Source: a virus
Lineage: Duplodnaviria; Heunggongvirae; Uroviricota; Caudoviricetes
Virus record (IMG/VR): IMGVR_UViG_2654587728_000015
DNA length: 39,903 nucleotides
Reading direction: 5' to 3' (one strand)
In this document: positions 28,116 to 35,682 of the stretch, one piece after another
Numbering within the stretch: the first letter of the stretch is position 1
Layout of the letters: each line of letters opens with the position of its first letter
Translations under genes and position numbers: made by a program
Notes under the pieces: generated by a model
What the model was told of the DNA's origin: nothing
Seen by the model: the letters and a program-made list of their open reading frames with translations, nothing else
The model's database searches: none

Positions 28116-28913
28116 TCAATGAACGGTATCGAGCAACTTTAACAGCTCAGGGAATCGGGATTCGAAAAAGTGCGGCTGCGTCTCGCGCGGATTTGCGGGA
28201 CTGGTGATGTTCTTGCCGAACATGCAGCCTTTCGCTGTCAGCGACCAGAATTTTTTGATGTTGTTAATCGCGGTACGGCTGTATCGTTCGCGCTGCTCGA
28301 CGATCCCCAGCTTCACCATCTGGTGATATGCCTGATTAGCTGTCAGGCGGATACCATACTGCTTCAGCAGTGCACTCAGTGACAGCGTGGGGCGGCTTGA
28401 GCCATCAGGCGCGTCAGCAGGAGCATCAATGGCATAGCGCGGTGCCAGATTCGGTAAGCCAACAGCCTCCTGGAGTTTCTGACAGGCTCCAAGCACTGAA
28501 GAGTTAGACAGGTTTAATTCCCGGCGCATAAAGTCCAGCAGAATCACACCAGCCTGCATCTTGTCAGCAGCCTGTCCGGATAATTTTTCCGGTGCGCTGG
28601 TTACCATGTCGAAAGTACGGATCACCTTCAGATGGAATGACGGGCTTATCCACATTGCATAGGCATACACCAGTTCTTTGCAGACATACGTCCCCTGGTT
28701 ATTTCCGCCACGAATAACGTTAACTGGCTCTATATTGACCGAGTTGCAAATCTGCAACTCGCTTATTAAACGTTCAGTTTGCTCATTGCGGAGCCAGAAT
28801 GCAGGCTTATGCTTATCCAGAGAACCGGCAGCCCTGTGCAGATCGTTCAGGCTGTAACGACCATAAGCATCACGACGAACTTCAATACCATCAATGACCA
28901 TCAGATTATTCAT
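28116..28913 (-). CDS. KilA-N domain protein
   Basis: ORF 28116..28946; start taken at ATG 28913 with SD AGGAG; N-terminal KilA-N-like region (MNNLMVIDGIEVRRDAYGRYSLNDLHRAAG). Confidence 0.7.
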   Translation of the reverse strand: MNNLMVIDGIEVRRDAYGRYSLNDLHRAAGSLDKHKPAFWLRNEQTERLISELQICNSVNIEPVNVIRGGNNQGTYVCKELVYAYAMWISPSFHLKVIRTFDMVTSAPEKLSGQAADKMQAGVILLDFMRRELNLSNSSVLGACQKLQEAVGLPNLAPRYAIDAPADAPDGSSRPTLSLSALLKQYGIRLTANQAYHQMVKLGIVEQRERYSRTAINNIKKFWSLTAKGCMFGKNITSPANPRETQPHFFESRFPELLKLLDTVH

Positions 28914-28932
28914 ACTTCGTTTCTCCTCTTGA

Positions 28933-29322
28933 TCAGGCGGCTGCACCCGCCGTTTTCTCGTACTTACTGATGGTGATCTCGACCTTCCCTTTCGGGATAA
29001 CCGGTCCCCACTCCACCAGCATTCTTTTCACCTGTCTGTCGTCTTCCCACACACCCGCGTGGGTCAACGCGTCAAACAGCGCCTTGTTATAGTTGTCCAG
29101 ATCGCGGATCCGGTTATCCGGAGGAAACAACACGATCTCCACTGAAGCAGGTGCCGACGTTGGTTTTGGCAGACGACGTAACTGCTCAACTATTGCTGCG
29201 CACGCCGCGCTCTGAAATTTTCGCCCCGCCGCGCTTATCAGGCTCTTACCAGCAAATTCCCCCTTGTTGGGGTGTCGCCAGTACGAGTTCACGCTGGGCG
29301 GGAAAGGCAGGATCAGCTTCAT
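28933..29322 (-). CDS. rusA: Holliday junction resolvase RusA
   Basis: 129-aa ORF with RusA motifs (PPSVNSYW...DLDNYNKALFDALTHAGVWEDD). Confidence 0.85.
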   Translation of the reverse strand: MKLILPFPPSVNSYWRHPNKGEFAGKSLISAAGRKFQSAACAAIVEQLRRLPKPTSAPASVEIVLFPPDNRIRDLDNYNKALFDALTHAGVWEDDRQVKRMLVEWGPVIPKGKVEITISKYEKTAGAAA

Positions 29323-29645
29323 ACTTTCAGGCCTCTCTCATGTAACCAGTGGGCTGCACGCAGCCTGGCGTTTTCCTCACCGGCAAGCAGTGAGCGGATA
29401 ATCCCGACCGCCTCGCTGTCGTCGTCCTTCACCGCGGTATGAAGAGTGATACCCCGGGCCACGCCACGCTTTATCGTGATGACTCCTTTTTTCTCCAGTG
29501 CGCGAAGATGTTCCACCGCTGCATTCACTGAACGGTATCCCAGCATGGTTGCCACCTCCTGATTGGTTGGCGGGAAGCCACGTTCTTTCTGGTAAGAAAT
29601 CAGCATATCCAGCACCTGCTGCTGGCATTGAGTTAACGTCGTCAT
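29319..29645 (-). CDS. LexA N-terminal DNA-binding-domain-like protein lacking the S24 peptidase domain
   Basis: 108-aa ORF; pattern LT..QQ.V.D.I...GFPPT..E.A..LGYRS.NAA.EHL.AL.KKGVI.I..G.ARGI.L parallels the LexA winged-helix domain including the recognition helix. Confidence 0.7.
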   Translation of the reverse strand: MTTLTQCQQQVLDMLISYQKERGFPPTNQEVATMLGYRSVNAAVEHLRALEKKGVITIKRGVARGITLHTAVKDDDSEAVGIIRSLLAGEENARLRAAHWLHERGLKV

Positions 29646-30295
29646 GCCGCCATCTCCCTGACAAGTTTTTCCGCCTGCTGGCGAACCTGCGCCAGAAACG
29701 CCTCACCACATGCCTCAAGTTCATCGCGCCCGATGTAGCTGATTGCCGGTCCCTTCCAGGTCTTGTCGAAAACAGCAATAGCACCAGCGAAGAAAGCGCC
29801 TGTCGGCACCTGCTTCTCATCCTTCGGGATAAACCAGGCAGGCAGTTCAAAACCAATACGCCCGCGAATAAAAGCAATATGGTCTGCATCTTCCGGCCAC
29901 CAAACTTCGCTGGTGGCAGCTTTGATCAGGAAAACATAGCGCCCGCCTTTATCACGCATAGCACTGGCATGTTTCATGATGTAACGCATGCCGGTGATGT
30001 ATTGCCCCTCATGCTGACTGGCGCGGCTGTACGGGGGATTACCAAAGGCAGCACCTTTAAGCTCCGCAAGACGTTCTGACCAGTCATGCGCCAGCGCGTT
30101 GTCTTCCGCAGTGTAATAAGCGGCACATTTGGCGTTATCACCATCAGTAAACAGATCCAGAACAAACGGGCCAAACAGGGTGTTAATTCCCCAGAAAATG
30201 TTGTCCGGCGTGCGCCACTGATCGCCCACTTCCTTCAGTTCATGGGCTGGTTTGTTCCGCAGCTCCACCAGCGCCTGGCAATATTTATTACTCAT
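29642..30295 (-). CDS. Phage Dam-type DNA N6-adenine methyltransferase
   Basis: ORF 29642..30328 with ATG at 30295; motifs WRTPDNIF and NPPY. Confidence 0.8.
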   Translation of the reverse strand: MSNKYCQALVELRNKPAHELKEVGDQWRTPDNIFWGINTLFGPFVLDLFTDGDNAKCAAYYTAEDNALAHDWSERLAELKGAAFGNPPYSRASQHEGQYITGMRYIMKHASAMRDKGGRYVFLIKAATSEVWWPEDADHIAFIRGRIGFELPAWFIPKDEKQVPTGAFFAGAIAVFDKTWKGPAISYIGRDELEACGEAFLAQVRQQAEKLVREMAA

Positions 30296-30783
30296 TAAGC
30301 CCCCACGTAATTCCCTGACAGATACCACTCTTCACCCGATGCAGCGCGCTTGCTGCTTTTCCGTAAGCACCGCTCACGATGCGCCAGAAAATTGTTTCGT
30401 TCTGGCTGGGAGTGGCTTTCACGGAATGCCTCCATCCACACCGTTGCAGCTCGACGGAATAAGCCCCTGGACTCCAGTTCTTCAGCCTGGCGGGTCAGGC
30501 ACAAAATCACCCGGGGGTCGTTAGTGCCGACATAGAAATTGCGCACAGGTCTGGTTTCACGAACAGATTGTGGTTCCGGCTCCTGCGCTCTCTCAGTCAG
30601 GCGCGGGAAATGTCTGCGTGTATCTCCTTCACAACGGTGAGCCACACGCCCACTCTGACGTAACTTGCTTGCTGACTGCAGAACGCGCTGCCGTGAGTAA
30701 CCTGCAAAAGCATCCGCAATGTCTCCGGAAGTACACCCCGGATGGGCTTCAATGAATTTCTGAACTTCATTCAAAAGACTCAT
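30295..30783 (-). CDS. Hypothetical early protein with possible PerC/ANR-like C-terminal motif
   Basis: ORF 30295..30789 with ATG at 30783; segment AEELESRGLFRRAATVWMEAF resembles ANR/PerC signature; assignment tentative. Confidence 0.45.
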   Translation of the reverse strand: MSLLNEVQKFIEAHPGCTSGDIADAFAGYSRQRVLQSASKLRQSGRVAHRCEGDTRRHFPRLTERAQEPEPQSVRETRPVRNFYVGTNDPRVILCLTRQAEELESRGLFRRAATVWMEAFRESHSQPERNNFLAHRERCLRKSSKRAASGEEWYLSGNYVGA

Positions 30784-30785
30784 GA

Positions 30786-31592
30786 TCACCCCCTGAATCC
30801 TGCCGGGATCTGGCTGTAGTCCACGTTGTCGTAACTGGCTTTGAAGTACGGGTCCTCACGTCTGACTGCAGATACCGCAGGAACTTCCCAGGATTCTTCG
30901 AAATGACGATCCGGACCAAAGAACGTGACAGCCTGTTTCACAAATTGTGTGCCGCTGTTACCCATCGCAGATACCCAGCCCGCATAGCGTTTCACACCTT
31001 CCAGCATGGTTTCGGGGTTTACCCCCTCATTCAAACGGGCTTTCCAGGCTTTGAAGGCTGCAGATTTTGAATTGCCACCAGCACGTTTGGGATATGCCAG
31101 CCATGCCTGCTCAAACTCCGGAGAGTATTCCGGTCGGTTTGAACGAACTCGCACAGACTCATCAGCAGATGCACCAACAGCTATTGGTTCATTGACTGGT
31201 TCAAAAGAGTGACTGGTTCTGGGTGAATCTCCTGCACTACCCCCTGGTGCAACTCCTGCACTACCTGGTGAATTTGCTGCACCAGATAGTGAATTATTTG
31301 CACTACCCCCTAGTGAATCTCCTGCACCATCAAGATGAAGAAGATAGATATTACTTGAGTTACCTTTTTCACCTTTCCGGGTGACTTTTTTTACCAGCCC
31401 GGACTCACAGAGGGCCGCAATATGATTCATCACAGAACGTTTGCTAATCTCGCACTGATCAGCGATATGCTGATAGCTGGGCCAGCACTCGCCCTGATCG
31501 CTGGCATTATCAGCCAGCTTGATCAGAACCAGTTTTCGCAATGGATTACCCACTCGAATTTTCATCGCTTTAACCATCAGCTCCATACTCAT
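30786..31592 (-). CDS. Replication initiator (lambda O-like organisation: N-terminal HTH domain, repeat-encoded linker, C-terminal domain)
   Basis: 268-aa ORF; N-terminal winged-helix region; iteron array embedded in the central linker coding region; SD GGAGGTG. Confidence 0.65.
   Translation of the reverse strand: MSMELMVKAMKIRVGNPLRKLVLIKLADNASDQGECWPSYQHIADQCEISKRSVMNHIAALCESGLVKKVTRKGEKGNSSNIYLLHLDGAGDSLGGSANNSLSGAANSPGSAGVAPGGSAGDSPRTSHSFEPVNEPIAVGASADESVRVRSNRPEYSPEFEQAWLAYPKRAGGNSKSAAFKAWKARLNEGVNPETMLEGVKRYAGWVSAMGNSGTQFVKQAVTFFGPDRHFEESWEVPAVSAVRREDPYFKASYDNVDYSQIPAGFRG
31222..31327. repeat. Iteron array: about five ~20-bp direct repeats (consensus RGTGAATCTCCTGCACTACC) inside the initiator gene, flanked by an AT-rich stretch (31328..31375); candidate origin of replication
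   Basis: Direct repeats read at ~31222, 31245, 31266, 31287, 31311; encode Gly/Ser/Ala-rich linker. Confidence 0.6.
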
Positions 31593-31813
31593 GCTGCACC
31601 TCCGAGATGCTTCATGTTTTTTCCGGAGCGAAAGGCTATAAGCGGCATACTGACGCGGTAACTACGGCCCAGCGGTTCACAAATCACCTTCTGACATTCA
31701 CGGTCAACCAGGCTAACACGTAGAACATGCCCTGCAGGTGTGGTGTACCACTGACCCGGACGAGGACAACGGAAAGTCTGATTGGTAAACCGTTTGAAAA
31801 TATTCCGGATCAT
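31589..31813 (-). CDS. Hypothetical small early protein
   Basis: 74-aa ORF, ATGA-type overlap with downstream initiator gene. Confidence 0.45.
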   Translation of the reverse strand: MIRNIFKRFTNQTFRCPRPGQWYTTPAGHVLRVSLVDRECQKVICEPLGRSYRVSMPLIAFRSGKNMKHLGGAA

Positions 31814-32046
31814 TTGCGCCCCCTTACCTCTGAAGGGTTCAGCGACAAATTTATGAGGCAGGCCAGTGCCGAAGCATCATTAATATAGTCATACAAGCTA
31901 ACAGCCAGCGGAGATTCGGCTTTTGCCAACATAGGATAAAGCTGCTGCAGCCAGACCTGATGAATTGATGAAATGTAGGAATAGAGAACGCTGGCGTTAT
32001 GTGCAACGTCGCTCAGTACAGAGGGATTTGAAAGTTGTTTCTCCAT
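31810..32046 (-). CDS. Hypothetical small early protein
   Basis: 78-aa ORF in early operon, overlapping neighbours. Confidence 0.45.
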   Translation of the reverse strand: MEKQLSNPSVLSDVAHNASVLYSYISSIHQVWLQQLYPMLAKAESPLAVSLYDYINDASALACLINLSLNPSEVRGRK

Positions 32047-32961
32047 CTAGTTAAAGGCATTGATGTATGCCTCTTTGAACTGGGCAGCACGTTTACCCGT
32101 GAAACCCATAGCAAGAAACGCAAAGCCGTCGCGGGTTATTTGGTAGCAAGGAAGTTTGCGACCTGTGCAATCAGTGTAATCACTCACCGAAAAATTGCGG
32201 GCAGTGAATGATGCTGAGCATTCAAGCGTGCGGATCTTTTTCAGTACATCGTCATGACGTTTGGAGAAGAAGTTGGCAACAGCCAGGGATGAAGTAACAG
32301 CCTGACCATCAACGATGGCAATTTCAGGTTGAGTGAGGGTTGGGATCGTAGCCATGATGGCAGCCTCTTTGGTGATTTTTAATAACTCACCACCAAGGCT
32401 TTCCACGACCTTATTGGTGGTGAGACGTACAGGGGTGGAAATACCGGTCACCAAAGAACCCGGCCCAACCGAAGTTGGCCCTGTACGCCCCACCATAATT
32501 TGGGCGTAATGCTGCTCATGACACAAAAAAACCGCAAGAGCGCGGTTGTGCGCTTTGGTGAATTCCGGGTTTCCACGCCCGGCACCCGTTTTATAAGGTG
32601 CCTGAACAGTGTAACGTCCCGGAATGGCAGAATCAATGTGCTGGTGGTCCTTCACACTCAACAAAATCACGCCTGAATTTCCACAAAGGACTAAAGCACT
32701 CATGCGGGTAGTCTTTGCGAAGATAGATAACGCGCTGTGTTTCTGGTTCCCAACGAATAACATGGACATAAAGCCCTCTTCCGTCACGAAACCAGCGGTT
32801 AAGTTCCTGCACAACTCGCCCCCCACAGTCAGGTAAAGTTCTCTGTGGTTACTTACAGCCAGGTGATTTGGTAATCTGCATTCATGCCGTAACAACAAGT
32901 GTTCAGCGACACTGACCACCAGCTGTTGCGACAAACGGTTATTTGCCGTTAAACTGTTCAT
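32047..32961 (-). CDS. Rha/AntA-family phage regulatory domain protein (domain in C-terminal ~100 aa; N-terminal 200 aa unknown; possible internal start at 32355)
   Basis: C-terminal segment ...SSLAVANFFSKRHDDVLKKIRTL...YQITRDGFAFLAMGFTGKRAAQFKEAYINAFN matches Rha-type domain; internal SD AAGAGG plus ATG at ~32355. Confidence 0.55.
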   Translation of the reverse strand: MNSLTANNRLSQQLVVSVAEHLLLRHECRLPNHLAVSNHRELYLTVGGELCRNLTAGFVTEEGFMSMLFVGNQKHSALSIFAKTTRMSALVLCGNSGVILLSVKDHQHIDSAIPGRYTVQAPYKTGAGRGNPEFTKAHNRALAVFLCHEQHYAQIMVGRTGPTSVGPGSLVTGISTPVRLTTNKVVESLGGELLKITKEAAIMATIPTLTQPEIAIVDGQAVTSSLAVANFFSKRHDDVLKKIRTLECSASFTARNFSVSDYTDCTGRKLPCYQITRDGFAFLAMGFTGKRAAQFKEAYINAFN

Positions 32962-33509
32962 GCGTTAGTTTCTCCACAGACACAAAACGCCACGACGCCC
33001 GGAGCTGCACACTCGCGGGCGTCACTCTTTTCTGGAGCGCAGAAGATTTTGTAGACCAGTGCTGCATGTTCCTGGAGCTTCGAAATTGACAGATACAACT
33101 CATCATTAATTGCTGTCTGCTCGTGTGGCTCCACGACCCCATCTTCGATTGCCGAACGAATCTGCTTTGAGTAATTCCCGATCTGTTCGATGACTTCCAG
33201 CAGGCGCTGGTTTATATCGGCGTTCTCTACTTCATCAATTTCAGGAAGCGATACGAACACCCCACCAGCAGACTGTGCGACAGCATCCGCAATGTAGTGA
33301 GTGCCAGCCGCACGCTGTAAAACCATTGCCCATCCCAGCGGGAAAATCTGATCGCCATCTGCACGAAGGCGGTTGAATAAAGCGTTCTCTGTTACATCCA
33401 GCCAGTCAGCAGCTTCAGCGTAACCCCCAGGCAATGCCGCGATAGTTTTTCTGACAGCTTTCACGTACCACTCAGGTTGTTTTTCCACTTTCCAGTGATG
33501 CTTACCCAC
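32958..33509 (-). CDS. Hypothetical protein in the cII-equivalent position (possibly YdaT/CII-analog family)
   Basis: 183-aa ORF immediately after cro, apparent GTG start with strong SD AGGAGGT; family assignment by position only. Confidence 0.5.
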   Translation of the reverse strand: MGKHHWKVEKQPEWYVKAVRKTIAALPGGYAEAADWLDVTENALFNRLRADGDQIFPLGWAMVLQRAAGTHYIADAVAQSAGGVFVSLPEIDEVENADINQRLLEVIEQIGNYSKQIRSAIEDGVVEPHEQTAINDELYLSISKLQEHAALVYKIFCAPEKSDARECAAPGVVAFCVCGETNA

Positions 33510-33762
33510 GGCTTACCTCCTGTTCCTGTGGTTTAAACCCATTCTGGTTTTGGCTAGATTGAAAACGTGCCGGATAAAGAATCTGCATTTCGCTGATTTC
33601 ACCCTTAAAAAAATTGGCCAGACGTTCTGCAAGATCGATAGATGGAATTTGTTCCAGTCTTTCAATACGACTCAGCGTCGCTGGATTGACCTGAACGCCC
33701 GCAGCAACATGCTGCAAAGTAAATCCGTGCGCCTTACGCACATTCCGTAATGGTGATTGCAT
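33502..33762 (-). CDS. cro: Cro-like HTH repressor
   Basis: 86-aa XRE-type HTH protein (FTLQHVAAGVQVNPATLSRIE) divergent from cI; SD GGAGGT. Confidence 0.8.
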   Translation of the reverse strand: MQSPLRNVRKAHGFTLQHVAAGVQVNPATLSRIERLEQIPSIDLAERLANFFKGEISEMQILYPARFQSSQNQNGFKPQEQEVSRG

Positions 33763-33859
33763 ATAACCTCCACATATTGCGTGATGAGCATATTATTTCA
33801 CGCAAATATTTTGCGCAAGTTGATTTGCTTAACGCGCAATAAAGAAATGTAATAAACGC
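33763..33859. promoter_or_regulatory. OR-like operator/promoter region between cro and cI with TTGC-N7-GCAA sites (perfect at ~33825..33839, one-mismatch at ~33777..33791) plus additional TTGCGCAA palindrome
   Basis: Inverted-repeat half-sites read directly; divergent genes on both sides. Confidence 0.6.
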
Positions 33860-34552
33860 ATGAACATAGGAAATCGAGTCAGACAACTTCGCCAGGCGAA
33901 GAACATGAAAATCGCCGATCTCGCTGAAGCAATAGGAGTGGATGCGGCGAATATCTCGCGCCTCGAAACAGGTAAGCAGAAACAATTCACTGAACAAGCC
34001 CTGAGTAATATTGCCAGGAGCTTAGGTGTTGATATTGCTGATCTCTTTACCTCAGACCTCAAAAGTAATACTGTATGTAAAAACAGTATTAGTGAGGATG
34101 TTGCGCAGGTGAAGGATGTATTCCGTATTGAAATGCTGGATGTCAGTGCCAGTGCGGGAAATGGCCTTATCCAGGGCGGTGATGTCATTGATGTGATTCA
34201 TGCCATTGAATACAGAACTGATAATGCTGTATCGATGTTTGGTGGACGACCAGCAAATCACATTAAAGTTATCAACGTTCGTGGGGACAGTATGTGTCCA
34301 ACCATTGAGCCAGGAGATCTCATCTTCGTTGATATCAGTATCAATCAGTTTGATGGGGATGGTATATATGTATTTGGTTTTGATGATAAAATTTACGTCA
34401 AACGACTGCAAATGATACCTGATAAACTGCTGGTAATTTCTGATAATCAGATTTACCGCGAATGGGGAATTACCAGCGAAAACGAACACAGGTTTATGGT
34501 CTTTGGAAAGGTCTTAATCAGTCAGTCACAAACCCTTAAGCGACACAATTAA
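33860..34552 (+). CDS. cI: CI-like prophage repressor (HTH plus LexA-like S24 autopeptidase domain)
   Basis: 230-aa ORF; N-terminal HTH (IADLAEAIGVDAANISRLE), C-terminal GDSM serine and KRL lysine of S24 fold; no obvious SD, consistent with leaderless PRM-type transcript. Confidence 0.85.
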   Translation: MNIGNRVRQLRQAKNMKIADLAEAIGVDAANISRLETGKQKQFTEQALSNIARSLGVDIADLFTSDLKSNTVCKNSISEDVAQVKDVFRIEMLDVSASAGNGLIQGGDVIDVIHAIEYRTDNAVSMFGGRPANHIKVINVRGDSMCPTIEPGDLIFVDISINQFDGDGIYVFGFDDKIYVKRLQMIPDKLLVISDNQIYREWGITSENEHRFMVFGKVLISQSQTLKRHN

Positions 34553-34574
34553 CCCCCTACCTCAACATCAATTA

Positions 34575-34598
34575 GCCACCAGAAGGTGGCTTTTCATT
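34575..34598 (+). terminator. Rho-independent terminator after cI (GCCACC-AGAA-GGTGGC then TTTTCATT)
   Basis: Perfect 6-bp GC stem and T-run immediately 3' of cI stop. Confidence 0.6.
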
Positions 34599-34608
34599 AC
34601 TCACGCTA

Positions 34609-34646
34609 TTGCATATCTCGCAATAAAATACTTGCACGTTACGCAA
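34609..34646. promoter_or_regulatory. OL-like operator pair: two perfect TTGC-N7-GCAA sites (~34609..34623 and ~34632..34646), likely overlapping a rightward PL-type promoter
   Basis: Same half-site architecture as OR sites; located upstream of the rightward early operon. Confidence 0.55.
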
Positions 34647-35071
34647 TTTCATTTTATCTTTCTTTCCAGACCAACAAACAAGGTCCTGACAAAATTTGGT
34701 TGTAACACGGCGTATGGCACATGCGTCGTTAGCGGTCTGGGGACGTTAAAGGGGACAATCCACTCCTTGCTCGGGCAAACAAACCAGGTAGCCGGAATGT
34801 GCAAGTCAATGAGGATGCTGATAAGACGCCTAACCAGCGTGGCGATTCGGTTTGACGCCTGGGAAGAGACCAGGGTGCAACGATGAGGGCATTTATGGAA
34901 CCTCGACAAAGTGTGGTGCCGTAACTGGCTAAGTGCTCTCAGCGTTGTGGTAATCCGCGAAATGGCGCGGCGGTAAGTATGGCGGGGTTACTCTTTCCCC
35001 GTTGAGGACACCGGATTGTCAGGTTGACCATACGCCTGAGTGACAACCACACCACAACAGCCACTGCTTTG

Positions 35072-35206
35072 GCGGTACCAGTTTGTACACTTGCTTCCGG
35101 CTGGTACCGCTCTTTTTACAAAACAGAGAAGAGCATCACCGGACGACTGGCTCATAACCCAATCCATCCGGGCGGCTACCACCGCAGGTGTTCTTCTCTG
35201 TTTTGT
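35072..35206 (+). other. Structured element in untranslated leader: 10-bp hairpin (GCGGTACCAG...CTGGTACCGC) followed by CGCTCTTTTTACAA (boxA-like) and a 15-bp long-range inverted repeat (ACAAAACAGAGAAGA / TCTTCTCTGTTTTGT)
   Basis: Inverted repeats read directly; no convincing ORF between cI terminator and 35255. Confidence 0.4.
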
Positions 35207-35254
35207 GGAGAAACCAACCGACCTTGCAGGGTCGATATGATGAGGAGCAGCAAA

Positions 35255-35617
35255 ATGGCTAGCGAACGCAGTACCAACGTGCAGGAATTTATCGGGGAGC
35301 TGGACGGCGGCGTATTTGAAACCAAAATCGGCGCAGTTCTCAGTGAAGTCGCTTCCGGTGTGATGAACACGAAAACCAAAGGTAAGGTCTCACTCAACCT
35401 GGAAATCGAACCATTTGATGAGAACCGTGTGAAAATCAAACACAAACTCTCATATGTTCGCCCGACTAACCGCGGGAAAATTTCCGAAGAAGACACCACC
35501 GAAACGCCGATGTATGTCAATCGCGGTGGTCGCCTGACTATTCTGCAGGAAGACCAGGGACAATTACTGACTCTTGCCGGTGAACCTGACGGAAAACTCC
35601 GCGCAGCAGGTCATTAA
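35255..35617 (+). CDS. Hypothetical early protein (YfdP-like size and position)
   Basis: ORF 35024..35617 with best start ATG 35255 preceded by SD AGGAG; 120 aa. Confidence 0.6.
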   Translation: MASERSTNVQEFIGELDGGVFETKIGAVLSEVASGVMNTKTKGKVSLNLEIEPFDENRVKIKHKLSYVRPTNRGKISEEDTTETPMYVNRGGRLTILQEDQGQLLTLAGEPDGKLRAAGH

Positions 35618-35682
35618 TATCGTTCTTAATTAACTGATTATTTATCTCATCACTGAATATCTTAATATAGTGAGGACTTATT

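Noticed and set aside
34632-34909. Two overlapping ORFs (34632..34886 plus, 34649..34909 minus) just right of cI
   Set aside because: Plus ORF starts with TTG inside the OL operator pair and has no RBS; minus ORF is antisense in the leader; region better explained as untranslated regulatory leader
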